Below are positions 1 to 10,125 of a stretch of DNA of 47,188 nucleotides, in pieces. Source of the stretch: Rhodospirillaceae bacterium (GTDB lineage Bacteria; Pseudomonadota; Alphaproteobacteria; Rhodospirillales; Rhodospirillaceae); assembly GCA_002691085.1 (NCBI GenBank), contig NZGX01000046.1, positions 2,364-49,551 of the forward strand, read 5' to 3'. Numbering within the stretch: position 1 is the first letter of the stretch; the number at the start of each line of letters is the position of its first letter. The notes beneath the pieces are model-generated. The model saw nothing but the letters and a program-made list of their open reading frames with translations. It ran no database searches and was not told the origin of the DNA. The translations under genes and the position numbers were made by a program.

Positions 1-17
1 AGAAAGTATTTATTTGA

Positions 18-782
18 CTAAAAAATATAAGCCCAAGGAAAAACTAATTCTGAATCAATAGCTGAAAGAGTATGACCTATTGTATTATCATCATCAATAG
101 ACTTAACAATTAAGATTGCAAGATCTTCCCTATTAATAACGCCGAAAGCTTTAATGCTTTTGCTGAGATAACCTTTCATAGTTGCTTCTTCAGACCTTAG
201 ACCACCAGGCCTAATTATTGTATAGTCTAATAAACTCTCCCTTAGATAATTTTCAGCCTTTGTTTTGAGAGGTAATACATCTTTTAGTGTTCTCTGTACA
301 AGAAAAGGAATAGTATCATAACTATCTCCAGCACCAATTGTGGATACAAGTATTACTCTTGAAACACCTGCATTTTGGGCTGCCTCGAAAATGTTTTTAT
401 TTCCCAAGTAGTCAGGCTTTGGGTCACAACTAAAACAACCAATTGTACTCACAACCGCAGTAAAGTTTCCACTAGAAAAAGCTTTATCAACTGAGGCTTT
501 ATCAAGTGCATCACCAATAACAATACTAGCACCAACTGATCTTATATTTTCAGCATCTGAGGTAGGCCGAACAACTGCAGTAACTGCACCGCCACTATTT
601 AATATAATTTTTGCGACCTCAAGGCCCGTATTTCTTGTAGCACCAAAAATAATTACATTGTTTTTCCTATCAATTTCAAAGTTATTTGATAGTTCAAACT
701 CTGGATATATCTTTGGTTGAAATGAATATATTATTGCACCAAGAAGAAAAACAAATATAACCCCTAAAATTTTCCATTTCAT
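18..782 (-). CDS. Membrane-anchored NAD(P)H-binding NmrA/atypical-SDR family oxidoreductase
   Basis: 254-aa ORF. N-terminal hydrophobic helix (ILGVIFVFLLGAIIY) is followed by the Rossmann motif IIFGATRNTGLEV. The start overlaps the stop of the upstream gene (ATGA on the minus strand at 779-782). Confidence 0.7.
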   Translation of the reverse strand: MKWKILGVIFVFLLGAIIYSFQPKIYPEFELSNNFEIDRKNNVIIFGATRNTGLEVAKIILNSGGAVTAVVRPTSDAENIRSVGASIVIGDALDKASVDKAFSSGNFTAVVSTIGCFSCDPKPDYLGNKNIFEAAQNAGVSRVILVSTIGAGDSYDTIPFLVQRTLKDVLPLKTKAENYLRESLLDYTIIRPGGLRSEEATMKGYLSKSIKAFGVINREDLAILIVKSIDDDNTIGHTLSAIDSELVFPWAYIF

Positions 783-2446
783 AATTTAAGTGCCCCTGGA
801 TTCATTATTCCTTTTGAGTCAAATAAAGATTTAATTTTTTCTAGTGCATAAAGAGACTCGGGCTTCCTACTTTTATCATATCTATATAGCTTTCCTAATT
901 GCATAGAAACTGCGCCAAGCTCTATAAAAAGCTGAGTAAGTTCGTTTCGCATATCTTGCACAACTTCTCTTCCCTTTCCGTCATTCTTAAAAGATGGAAG
1001 GTTTTCTAAATGTTCCTTTCGCATTACAGTATCATACATTTGCAATCGTGAATCAGGCCAAAACCAAACAGGTTCGATTAGAAAACCATAGTTACCAACA
1101 GTAACAAGTAGAAATCCGTTTCTTATATTATGTTTTTCTTTGAGCGAATCATATTTATCGTAAATCTTAGTTATCTTATCTAATGCCTCAACAGCTTGAG
1201 AGTGAGGAACAATGCAATGAAGTGGTACCCACCTCTCTCCATTTGGGCCCAAAATAGAATCAGGCGGCAAAAATGGTTCAGCATGAACAATCTTGGTAAT
1301 AGATGCAGGAAGGGGTTTTCCGCCAAACTGCTCAGCCATAACTTTAGCAGTTTTTGTTTTATCTTTTACACCTCCCTTAGTAGAACCCTCTAATGAGAAA
1401 TGCATTCCGTAAAAAACATCATTCAAGTATCTTCTGCCTGCAAATGCAATCTTTATTCCATCTAAAACACCCAACTCACGTATCACTTTAAATAAAGTTT
1501 TTATATCTTTTAAAAAATTACTCTTTCCTTCACTTACTCTTGCTGATTGTTGGTTCTTATCAAAACCCATAGCTTCAGTTGCTAAGCCTTCTCTACTCAA
1601 TGCAGAAAGAGCATTTGCCATTTCTTCATAACTATCAAAAGCATAGGCTAAATGTGATCTATGTTTTGGACGTTTTATCAGGCGTAATGTTGCTACAGCC
1701 TTAATACCTAACGCCCCGGCGTCTGCAAGAAAAGGACCCATAAGATCAGGACCATAGTGCTTCATAAAAGGAAGTCCTTCGTTTTTTGCATGAGCACCTA
1801 CGGGTAAAATTGTTCCATCTGACAAAACTACATCCATACCAATTACTTGCTCTACAGCTGTTCCATAAAACCCAGAACCAAAGAAAACAGAGTTTTGAGA
1901 GAGTGCACCACCCACACATGATTTTTTACCTGATAGAGGCCCCCAATACGGCGTTCTTAAACCTTTCAGCTTTAAATGATCATTTAGCTCTGCCCAAGTA
2001 CAACCACATTCGACTGTGACATACATATCAGTTTCATTGATCTCTAAAATACTGTTCATCTTTTGCATGTCTACAGTTATTGATTTTTTCCTTGTGTGCA
2101 AATAACCATCTGTATAAGACATACCTCCACCGCGAGGAACAATAGCTATACCAAAATCACTACAAAGCTTTGTAGTTTTAGAAATTTGGTCTAAACTTTC
2201 TGGAGAAACTGCCACTATTGGAGTTTCAAAACTCCGAAATGTATCTTCAGCATAGAACCTTCTGGCATCTTCGTCTCTTGAAACATTTTCTTTTCCAAGA
2301 ATAGAAATTAGCTTGTCTATAAAGCCCTCATATTCTTCAAGTGACCATGCTTCCTTAGTAATGCTTGAAGGAATTTTTTCTAAATCATAACCGGGAACTT
2401 CATTAGAATGATAATGTTTTTCAAATTGTTCATCTTTAGGCATCAA
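779..2446 (-). CDS. FAD-linked oxidase (GlcD / FAD-binding PCMH-type dehydrogenase family)
   Basis: 555-aa ORF. The FAD-binding domain region (IVPRGGGMSYTDG) and the C-terminal FAD-oxidase tail ending in GIMNPG are typical of the family. Confidence 0.75.
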   Translation of the reverse strand: MMPKDEQFEKHYHSNEVPGYDLEKIPSSITKEAWSLEEYEGFIDKLISILGKENVSRDEDARRFYAEDTFRSFETPIVAVSPESLDQISKTTKLCSDFGIAIVPRGGGMSYTDGYLHTRKKSITVDMQKMNSILEINETDMYVTVECGCTWAELNDHLKLKGLRTPYWGPLSGKKSCVGGALSQNSVFFGSGFYGTAVEQVIGMDVVLSDGTILPVGAHAKNEGLPFMKHYGPDLMGPFLADAGALGIKAVATLRLIKRPKHRSHLAYAFDSYEEMANALSALSREGLATEAMGFDKNQQSARVSEGKSNFLKDIKTLFKVIRELGVLDGIKIAFAGRRYLNDVFYGMHFSLEGSTKGGVKDKTKTAKVMAEQFGGKPLPASITKIVHAEPFLPPDSILGPNGERWVPLHCIVPHSQAVEALDKITKIYDKYDSLKEKHNIRNGFLLVTVGNYGFLIEPVWFWPDSRLQMYDTVMRKEHLENLPSFKNDGKGREVVQDMRNELTQLFIELGAVSMQLGKLYRYDKSRKPESLYALEKIKSLFDSKGIMNPGALKL

Positions 2447-2481
2447 AAATTATCCCTGTTTTTTTAAATTTTTCTAAATTC

Positions 2482-3477
2482 TTAAGAGTTAACGTCAATT
2501 ACTACTCTTCCCCTAATTTTACCATTTACTATATGTTTTGCTATTTCTGGTAATCTATCAAAACTCTCGACAGAAGTCATACCCAAAAGAGTTTTTCTAT
2601 TAAGATCTACCTCTAACCTTTCCCATGCCTGAGTCCTCCTTTCAGAAGGACATGTATTTGAATTTATACCCAATAAACTTACCCCCCTTAATATAAAGGG
2701 TAAAACATTGGTTGGAAGATCTATACCAGCGGCATTACCACATGCTGTAACTACTCCTCCTTCCATAGTTTCAGAAATGATAGTGGAGAGTATTTTTGAG
2801 CCAACTGAGTCTACCGCCCCTGCCCATCTAGCTCTCTCAAGCGGCCTTGCATCTCTATTAAAACTATTTCTGTCAATAACCTCTTTAGCACCTAATGACC
2901 TTAGATAATCCTCCTCTTCGAGTCTTCCAGTACATGCCGAAACCTCATACCCAAGCTTAGCCAAGATGGCTACAGAGATAGAACCAACTCCTCCACTTGC
3001 ACCTGTTACTATTATCTTTCCTTTTTCTGGCGTAATACACATATCCTCTAGCGCTAAAATGCAAAGCATTGCAGTATAACCAGCTGTCCCAATTGCCATA
3101 ACTTCTTCCAAAGAAAAGCTTTCTGGGACTTTGGTTAAATAATCAGGATTAATTCTTTGTTTTTGAGAAAACCCTCCCCACTGAGTTTCTGACAAACCCC
3201 AACCATTCACTAAAACTCTATCTCCCTCAGAGAACTTATCAGATTTTGACTCTATAACTGTACCAGATAGGTCGACTCCACCAACCATTGGAAAGTTTCT
3301 AACAACCTTCCCTCCTTTACCTGTTAGAGCAAGTCCGTCTTTATAATTCACTGTAGAATAGGCAACATCAATTAAAACGGGATGGTCCGGAAGATCTTCT
3401 AAACCAATTAATTCGAATTTTGATTTATAATCACCATTTTCATTTGTAATCATTAAAGCCTTAAATTTCTCTGACAT
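2482..3477 (-). CDS. MDR-superfamily NADPH oxidoreductase of the YhdH/AcuI type (putative acrylyl-CoA reductase / quinone oxidoreductase)
   Basis: 331 aa. Motifs VAYSTVNYKDGLALTG, IGTAGYTAM and VTGASGGVGS match the YhdH/AcuI subfamily pattern. Confidence 0.8.
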   Translation of the reverse strand: MSEKFKALMITNENGDYKSKFELIGLEDLPDHPVLIDVAYSTVNYKDGLALTGKGGKVVRNFPMVGGVDLSGTVIESKSDKFSEGDRVLVNGWGLSETQWGGFSQKQRINPDYLTKVPESFSLEEVMAIGTAGYTAMLCILALEDMCITPEKGKIIVTGASGGVGSISVAILAKLGYEVSACTGRLEEEDYLRSLGAKEVIDRNSFNRDARPLERARWAGAVDSVGSKILSTIISETMEGGVVTACGNAAGIDLPTNVLPFILRGVSLLGINSNTCPSERRTQAWERLEVDLNRKTLLGMTSVESFDRLPEIAKHIVNGKIRGRVVIDVNS

Positions 3478-3558
3478 TTTAATTTCCTTGAAAACTATCG
3501 AAACTTCTGCACCTAAAATAGCCTAATAAAAAACAAAATTAAACATTTATGAGGTTTA

Positions 3559-4629
3559 TTATTTTTTAGCAACTTTAACAATTTTTTTAGTTAATGAGGG
3601 GATTGCTAGCTGGTCAATTTGGCTAGGGTTAACCCAGACAAAGTCTTTAGTTAGGGTTAATTTATCAAATTTATGCTTTGTAACCTTTGAACTAGCAATA
3701 ACTAGAGAAAGATTAAAATGACTAAACACATGCTTAATATTATCAAGCAAAATTGTCCATTTTGCTATAGGTAATTTTACTGGAGCATAATCTAAAGCTT
3801 TATCTAGTTTTTTTATATTTTTTTCCCAAGGAGTAGATGGAATTTCCATCATGCCCCCTAAAAGACCTTTTTCTTTTCTTTTTCGCATCAAAACATAACC
3901 ATCATTACGGGTAATCCAAAAACATATTCCCTTTCTGTGAGGTTTTGTTTTTTTTGGTTTTTTTACAGGTAAGTTTTGCTGAATACCTGCCTTTCTTGCT
4001 TGACAAGCTTCTTCCCATGGACATTCATTACACATGGGATTTCTTGGTAAACAAATTGTTGACCCTAAATCCATAATTGCTTGAGCGTAGTCTCCATACC
4101 TCTTCATGGGAGTAATCTCTATAGCCTTTTCTCTTATGTAGCTTTTTGATGATGGCAGAGGTTCAATGATGGCGAAGATTCTTGAAATTACCCTCTCAAC
4201 ATTACCGTCAATTGCAGTAGCCCTCTTATTAAATGCAATAGACAAGATTGCAGCCGCAGTATAGTCACCTATACCTGGAAGTAAAATTAGCTCTTTTTTA
4301 TGCTCAGGAAATTTTCCTAGATGTTCCTTGCTTATAATTTCTGCGGATTTATGTAAATTTCTTGCCCGAGCATAATAACCAAGCCCCGACCATTCTTTAA
4401 GAACATCATCAAGGTTTGCTTTTGATAAATCAAATAATGTTGGCCATCTTATGATAAACCTCTTAAAGTAATCCTTAACCACCGCAACTGTGGTTTGTTG
4501 CAGCATAATTTCACTTAACCATACAACATAAGGGTCTGGTTTTTTTCCATTTTTGTACCTCCACGGCAAATCTCTCCCATTATTGTCATACCAATTAAGT
4601 AGCTTTTCTGTATCAGGAATTATTGACAT
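3559..4629 (-). CDS. mutY: A/G-specific adenine DNA glycosylase MutY
   Basis: 356 aa. DLPWR and WLSEIMLQQT motifs, HhH-GPD region (LPGIGDYTAAAI), a 4-Cys FeS loop (CLPRNPMCNECPWEEAC), and a C-terminal NUDIX-like domain. Confidence 0.9.
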   Translation of the reverse strand: MSIIPDTEKLLNWYDNNGRDLPWRYKNGKKPDPYVVWLSEIMLQQTTVAVVKDYFKRFIIRWPTLFDLSKANLDDVLKEWSGLGYYARARNLHKSAEIISKEHLGKFPEHKKELILLPGIGDYTAAAILSIAFNKRATAIDGNVERVISRIFAIIEPLPSSKSYIREKAIEITPMKRYGDYAQAIMDLGSTICLPRNPMCNECPWEEACQARKAGIQQNLPVKKPKKTKPHRKGICFWITRNDGYVLMRKRKEKGLLGGMMEIPSTPWEKNIKKLDKALDYAPVKLPIAKWTILLDNIKHVFSHFNLSLVIASSKVTKHKFDKLTLTKDFVWVNPSQIDQLAIPSLTKKIVKVAKK

Positions 4630-4728
4630 ATTTAAAATTTGATAGCTTTATTTTGATAATATTTTTATTTACACTAAAGATTGCTTTGACGGTATTTTTT
4701 CTTAATTTCACCTATAATTATAGTCTTT

Positions 4729-5091
4729 ATGCATTCAAAAAGGTCAAGAAATCATAGTTTTTTCTCTATTGATGAAATTGCGAATAAACTAATTAAACCC
4801 AAAATAAGCAAAAATAAGCTTATAAACAGGGAATTGGCTAAGTTTTGGCCAGAGATTGTAGGAAAAGAAATATCAAATCAATCAATCCCCGAAAAACTTG
4901 TTATTAATAGAAGAAATAATGAGGGGATATTGTATCTAAGGGTAAATAGCGGTGCATCGGCAGTATTAATACAACCATGTACAAATCTAATCTTAGACAA
5001 AGTAAATGCTTTTCTAGGAAAAGAAAAAGTGAAATATTTAAAAGTAATTTTAGGAAATAAAACAAAACTTGACGAAAAAAATTACCCTTAA
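4729..5091 (+). CDS. DUF721-domain protein
   Basis: 120 aa. The W-x-EIVG core (FWPEIVGKEIS) followed by GILYLRVNSGASA resembles DUF721. Its position between mutY and dsbA/smc is a recurrent alphaproteobacterial arrangement. Confidence 0.6.
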   Translation: MHSKRSRNHSFFSIDEIANKLIKPKISKNKLINRELAKFWPEIVGKEISNQSIPEKLVINRRNNEGILYLRVNSGASAVLIQPCTNLILDKVNAFLGKEKVKYLKVILGNKTKLDEKNYP

Positions 5092-5202
5092 TAAGTTGAA
5101 TAATTAAAATATTAAATTAAGAAAGTGCATAGATAGCCTTGCACAAAGTATAATCAAAAATTAATATATTTTTTCAGTAACACTCAAATCAAGGAATAAA
5201 TT

Positions 5203-5856
5203 TTGGAAAACTTACAAAAAATTATTTTATTAGCAATAATAACCTCAATTTTACAGTTTACTCCAGAAACTTCATTAATTTCACAAGAGATATCTGGAGA
5301 AACGAGAGAAGATAATAAAGAGGGCGAAGAACTAGCTTATAAAGAAATAATATATGGTGACATAAATGCGCCTGTAACAATTTTTGAGTATGCTTCACTA
5401 ACATGTAATCATTGTGCAACTTTTCATACTACCGTACTTCCCAAATTAAAAACTAACTATATAGATAAATCCCTAGTAAAACTTGTTTATAGGGACTATC
5501 CGCTGGATGGGCTTGCAATGGCTGGAGCAATGTTGGCTAGATGTGCGCCAAAGGGGAGAGGTAAGGCTATGTTAAACTTACTATTTTCCCAACAAATGAA
5601 ATGGGTTACGTCCAATAACCCTATTGAACCTCTGAAAAAATATTCAAAATTTGCTGGTATGAACGAAAAACAAGTAGACACTTGTTTAAAAAATGAAGAA
5701 ATGCTTAATTCAGTAAGAAATGAGCAAGAAAAAGCAAATAATTTATACAAAATAAAATCAACACCTACATTTTTCATAGATGGAGTCAAAATTGAGGGTA
5801 ATATGGGCTTTGAATATATGTCTAAAATTATAGATGAGAAATTATCTAAAAATTAA
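5203..5856 (+). CDS. Periplasmic DsbA-family thiol:disulfide oxidoreductase
   Basis: 217 aa with a TTG start. Has a signal-like N-terminus, a thioredoxin-fold active site (CNHC), and a C-terminal STPTFFIDG motif. Confidence 0.8.
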   Translation: MENLQKIILLAIITSILQFTPETSLISQEISGETREDNKEGEELAYKEIIYGDINAPVTIFEYASLTCNHCATFHTTVLPKLKTNYIDKSLVKLVYRDYPLDGLAMAGAMLARCAPKGRGKAMLNLLFSQQMKWVTSNNPIEPLKKYSKFAGMNEKQVDTCLKNEEMLNSVRNEQEKANNLYKIKSTPTFFIDGVKIEGNMGFEYMSKIIDEKLSKN

Positions 5857-5919
5857 TATAAAGTTACCTTTAGATGAAAATATTCGTTCACTATATAATT
5901 ACCCCTTGGAGAAAATTAT

Positions 5920-8886
5920 TTGGCAAAAGTTGACAAGCTACGATTAGCAGGCTTTAAGTCTTTCACAGATCAAACTGATTTAGATATAGGCCCTGGTGTC
6001 ACTGGAATTGTGGGCCCTAACGGATGTGGTAAGTCCAATCTAGTTGATGCATTCAAATGGGTGATGGGAGAATCATCAGCAAAACAGATGCGCGGCGACG
6101 AAATGGATGAAATAATCTTTGGAGGAACAACTAACCGTCCCGCTCGTAATTTAGCAGAGGTAAGCTTAGTCCTTGATAATAATTCAAGATCAGTAAACGA
6201 CATGTTTAATGATACAAATGAATTAGAAATAACCAGGAGAATTGAGAGGGGAAAAGGGTCTGTTTATAACGTAAATGGAAGAGAGGTAAGAGCTAAAGAC
6301 ATTCAACTTCTTTTTGCCGATCTTGGATCAGGTGCAAAGTCTACAGCTCTTGTAAGTCAAGGTAAGATTGGAAGCTTAATAAATTCTAAACCCACTGAAA
6401 GAAGGCACCTCCTAGAAGAAGCAGCAAACATCACTGGGCTCCATAATCGTCGTCATGAAGCTGAGCTAAAAATTAAAGCAACTGAAGGTAATTTGGAAAG
6501 ACTTAATGATGTGATAGAAGCACTGGAGGGTCAATTAAAGAACCTAAAGAAACAAGCACGGCAAGCAGGCAGATATAAAACTATATCTTCATCTATTCGT
6601 TCAGCACAAGCTTTGGTATTCCTAATTCAACATGCAGGTGAAATAACTAAATTAGTGAATAATACCTCGGAATTGTCACACATAAAAAAAGACTTAGAAA
6701 AAAAAATGCAAGCAGTTTCATCTGCCTCAAACATTCATGTAGATGCTGAAAAAAATCTTTCCCCACTTCGTCAACAAGAAGTAGAAAAGAATGCTAAAGT
6801 ACAAAGATTACAACTTGGCATTAAGCAACTAGATGATGAGGTTAAAAGAATTGAGAATAGTAAGTACCAGTCACTAAAGAGATTAGATGATATCAATGAG
6901 GATATATCTAGAGAGAACAATAACATTAAAGATGCTCAAAATAGTATCCGAAAAATAAACGCTTCTCTTACTGAATTAAAATCTTTAATGGAAAAACAAG
7001 CTGACTCATTATCAGAATCGTCCAGGAATCTAGATTTAATAACGAAGACTGTAACAGAATTAGAAAATGCTCAAACTGTAGCTTTAGATAAAGATAATGA
7101 CCTTAGAGAAAAATTACAAAAAAAGAGAGAATATACAACTAAAATTGAAACTGAAATCTCTACTTTAAAAAATTTGCTTGAAGAAAACCAGGTGATCAAT
7201 GAATGGGAACCTGTTATTGAAAAAATAAATATAGAAACAGGTTACGAGTTAGCGCTAGAAGCTGCATTTAGTGAGGAGTTATATAGTTCAACTGATATTC
7301 AGAATCCAATTCATTGGTCAGATAATCCTGATATTAGAACCTTACAAGAGCTCCCTCATGGTTGTACTCCTCTATCGAGCTTTGTCAGTGTACCGGATAA
7401 ACTCAAGAGAAGACTCTCACAAGTTGGATATATAAATGATGATAATTTAGGGGATACCCTCCAAGCTTCACTTAAACCCGGACAAAGAATAGTTAACAGT
7501 GAAGGTTTCTTATGGAGATGGGATGGATTTACAAAAAAAGTTAGAACTGAGAGTAATGCAACAAAGAATATTAAGTACAAGAACCGTCTAAGCAAACTTT
7601 ATGAAATGCATAATGATAGTAAAAAAAATGAAAAATCCTTTATAGAGCAAAATACACCAAAAGAAGCATATGAGGATATAAGTGAAAAATTAAATAATAA
7701 TAGGAAGATACTAATTGAGGCAAAAACTGCTTTTGAGAATTACCATAATGTTAATGAAGATAGAAAAAGTCGAATTAATTCATTTGAAGAGGATCAAACA
7801 TCTTGGGGTTACAGACTAGAAAGCAGCAATACACAACTAAGACTTCTAGAAAGTAGGAAAGTGTCTGCATTACAAGAAATTGAGGAACTATCAGCTCAAC
7901 CAAAAATTATTGAAAACAAGAGATCCAAATTAATGGATGAATTAAAAGCTTCTGAAGCAGAAAAATCTGATGCAACAGACAATCTTGTTGAAGCAGAAAA
8001 AATTCTTCATGAAGCAACAAAGAATCTAAGAAAAGCCGATCAAGAAGCATCCACTTCAAGAGAGGCTCAAGTTAGGTCTGAAGCAAATATAGATCAAATA
8101 AATCAAAATATTCAAAACTTAGAAAAAACTATTAATGACGTAATTAAATGCACACCTGGAGATTTGAGACAAAATACTCGTCTTAAACAAGATGAAGAAC
8201 TACCTGATCTAGAAAAAGCAGAAAAATCACTACAAAGGCTTAATAACGAGAGAGAAAATATCGGAGCAGTAAATCTCCGAGCTGAACAAGAATACACAGA
8301 ACTAGATCAAGAGATTAGTAATCTTATAAATGAGAGAGAAGACCTCAATAAAGCAATTTTAAAACTTCGAGCTGGAATAACAAAACTAAATAAAGAGGGG
8401 CGGCAAAGACTTCTGCAATCATTCGAGTTAGTAAATAAAAACTTTAAAGAATTGTTTAGGAACTTATTTGGGGGAGGAAAAGCTGAATTATCAATGAGTG
8501 GTGATAGCGATCCACTTGAGGCAGGATTAGAAATTTATGCCAGTCCTCCAGGAAAAAAACTTCAGAACCTAGCTTTACTCTCAGGCGGTGAACAGGCACT
8601 AACAACTGTTGCATTATTATTTGCTGTTTTTAACGTAAACCCAGCACCCTTATGCATTTTGGATGAGGTAGATGCGCCGCTAGATGACACAAATGTGGAT
8701 AGGTTTTGTAATTTAATCTCTCGAATTTCTCAATCAACGGGAACCAAAATAATTATTGTAACTCATCATAGAATGACAATGGCCAGAGTAGATAGGCTTT
8801 TTGGCGTTACTATGGCAGAAAAAGGGGTTTCAAAACTCGTTTCCGTTAACTTAACTGAAGCAGAAAAACTAAGAGATATTGCTTAA
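5920..8886 (+). CDS. smc: Chromosome segregation protein SMC (short form, 988 aa)
   Basis: TTG start. N-terminal LAGFKSF plus Walker A (GPNGCGKSN), long heptad-rich coiled-coil arms, C-terminal signature LSGGEQALT and Walker B (LCILDEVDAPLDD). Confidence 0.9.
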   Translation: MAKVDKLRLAGFKSFTDQTDLDIGPGVTGIVGPNGCGKSNLVDAFKWVMGESSAKQMRGDEMDEIIFGGTTNRPARNLAEVSLVLDNNSRSVNDMFNDTNELEITRRIERGKGSVYNVNGREVRAKDIQLLFADLGSGAKSTALVSQGKIGSLINSKPTERRHLLEEAANITGLHNRRHEAELKIKATEGNLERLNDVIEALEGQLKNLKKQARQAGRYKTISSSIRSAQALVFLIQHAGEITKLVNNTSELSHIKKDLEKKMQAVSSASNIHVDAEKNLSPLRQQEVEKNAKVQRLQLGIKQLDDEVKRIENSKYQSLKRLDDINEDISRENNNIKDAQNSIRKINASLTELKSLMEKQADSLSESSRNLDLITKTVTELENAQTVALDKDNDLREKLQKKREYTTKIETEISTLKNLLEENQVINEWEPVIEKINIETGYELALEAAFSEELYSSTDIQNPIHWSDNPDIRTLQELPHGCTPLSSFVSVPDKLKRRLSQVGYINDDNLGDTLQASLKPGQRIVNSEGFLWRWDGFTKKVRTESNATKNIKYKNRLSKLYEMHNDSKKNEKSFIEQNTPKEAYEDISEKLNNNRKILIEAKTAFENYHNVNEDRKSRINSFEEDQTSWGYRLESSNTQLRLLESRKVSALQEIEELSAQPKIIENKRSKLMDELKASEAEKSDATDNLVEAEKILHEATKNLRKADQEASTSREAQVRSEANIDQINQNIQNLEKTINDVIKCTPGDLRQNTRLKQDEELPDLEKAEKSLQRLNNERENIGAVNLRAEQEYTELDQEISNLINEREDLNKAILKLRAGITKLNKEGRQRLLQSFELVNKNFKELFRNLFGGGKAELSMSGDSDPLEAGLEIYASPPGKKLQNLALLSGGEQALTTVALLFAVFNVNPAPLCILDEVDAPLDDTNVDRFCNLISRISQSTGTKIIIVTHHRMTMARVDRLFGVTMAEKGVSKLVSVNLTEAEKLRDIA

Positions 8887-8960
8887 TTCAATTAAATATA
8901 TTTATTTTATTGCATAATTATAATTTAATTTATGTTTAGAAAATATAAAACTTTTCCTGC

Positions 8961-8989
8961 TTGACAGCAGATCTCCCCATTCTTATTGT
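8961..8989 (+). promoter_or_regulatory. Candidate sigma70-type promoter of the atp (F0) operon
   Basis: TTGACA (8961-8966), a 17-nt spacer, then TATTGT (8984-8989), located about 17 nt upstream of the atpI ORF. Confidence 0.4.
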
Positions 8990-9005
8990 TCGCCACAAAT
9001 AGTAG

Positions 9006-9329
9006 ATGTTAACCTTAGTGGAAAAGATATCTATGACAAGTAAACTTCCTAATGATTTAAGAAATTTACAAGATAAATTGGAAAAAATAGAGATAGATGC
9101 AAGTGATAAAAATAACTCTGAAATACAAAAAAATATGGGTTATGGATTGCGCGTAGGTATAGAATTGGTTGTTGCAGTTGGGATGGGTGTATTAATTGGT
9201 ATTTTCTTTGACAAAATATTTAATACTAGCCCAATTTTAATGATTTTTTTCCTGTTTTTAGGTTTTGCCGCTGGTATTAACAATATTATGAAACAATTAA
9301 ATTCATTAAATAAAGATAGAAAAGGTTAG
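9006..9329 (+). CDS. atpI: ATP synthase protein I (AtpI/AtpZ-like small membrane protein)
   Basis: 107 aa with two hydrophobic helices (GIELVVAVGMGVLIGIFF; ILMIFFLFLGFAAGI), immediately upstream of atpB. The true start may be the internal ATG at 9033. Confidence 0.6.
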   Translation: MLTLVEKISMTSKLPNDLRNLQDKLEKIEIDASDKNNSEIQKNMGYGLRVGIELVVAVGMGVLIGIFFDKIFNTSPILMIFFLFLGFAAGINNIMKQLNSLNKDRKG

Positions 9330-9334
9330 AAAAT

Positions 9335-10069
9335 ATGGCATCAAGTGTACATGGTCCAATGGAACAATTCGAAATTAAACCTTTAATTGACCTGAACTTA
9401 GCTGGTTATGATATCTCTTTCACAAATTCATCTTTATTTATGACTCTTTCAGTGCTTATAGCTTTTACTTTTTATTGGTTTGCAACAAGGAAATCTGCTC
9501 TTGTCCCAGGAAGGCTTCAATTAATTGGAGAGTTAATATTTGACTTTACACTTTCAATGATTAAAGAAAATGTTGGAAAAGAAGGAATTAAATATTTCCC
9601 TTTTATTTTTACACTTTTCTTATTCATATTGCTTGGAAATGTACTTGGATTACTACCATATAGCTTTACTTTCACCTCACATATCATTGTAAATGCTGGT
9701 ATAGCTGTTTTTATTTTTATTGGAGTTACAATAATCGGCTTTTCCAGGCATGGCTTTCATTATCTTCGATTATTTTGCCCTGAAGGAACTCCAATCCCAG
9801 TAGCAATAGTACTAGTCCCTATTGAGATAATGTCTTATTTTATTAGACCAATAAGCCTAAGTCTAAGATTATTTGCAAATATGCTTGCGGGCCATGTACT
9901 ACTCAAGGTTTTAGCAGGCTTTGTTATTTCATTAGGTTTTATTGGAATTATACCTTTTCTTGCAGTTTCTGCTGTTACACTTCTTGAAATAATGGTAGCA
10001 CTTATTCAAGCTTACGTATTTGCTTTACTAACTACAATTTATCTCAATGATGCAGTAAATATGCATTGA
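9335..10069 (+). CDS. atpB: F0F1 ATP synthase subunit a
   Basis: 244 aa, polytopic. Carries the conserved LSLRLFANMLAGH motif with the essential Arg. Confidence 0.92.
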   Translation: MASSVHGPMEQFEIKPLIDLNLAGYDISFTNSSLFMTLSVLIAFTFYWFATRKSALVPGRLQLIGELIFDFTLSMIKENVGKEGIKYFPFIFTLFLFILLGNVLGLLPYSFTFTSHIIVNAGIAVFIFIGVTIIGFSRHGFHYLRLFCPEGTPIPVAIVLVPIEIMSYFIRPISLSLRLFANMLAGHVLLKVLAGFVISLGFIGIIPFLAVSAVTLLEIMVALIQAYVFALLTTIYLNDAVNMH

Positions 10070-10125
10070 ATTACATAATTTAAATTAAATATAAAGATCA
10101 ATTAAACTTTTGAAAGGATATAAAA

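Noticed and set aside
5120-5150. Weak hairpin (GTGCA...TGCAC) downstream of the DUF721 gene, considered as a terminator
   Set aside because: The stem is only 5 bp with a 10-nt loop and no following T-tract, which is not convincing.
6400-8400. Apparent repetitiveness (GAA/AAA-rich periodic sequence) in smc, and similarly in atpF'/atpF (10500-11300)
   Set aside because: This is compositional periodicity from Lys/Glu-rich coiled-coil coding sequence, not discrete DNA repeats or a CRISPR-like array.
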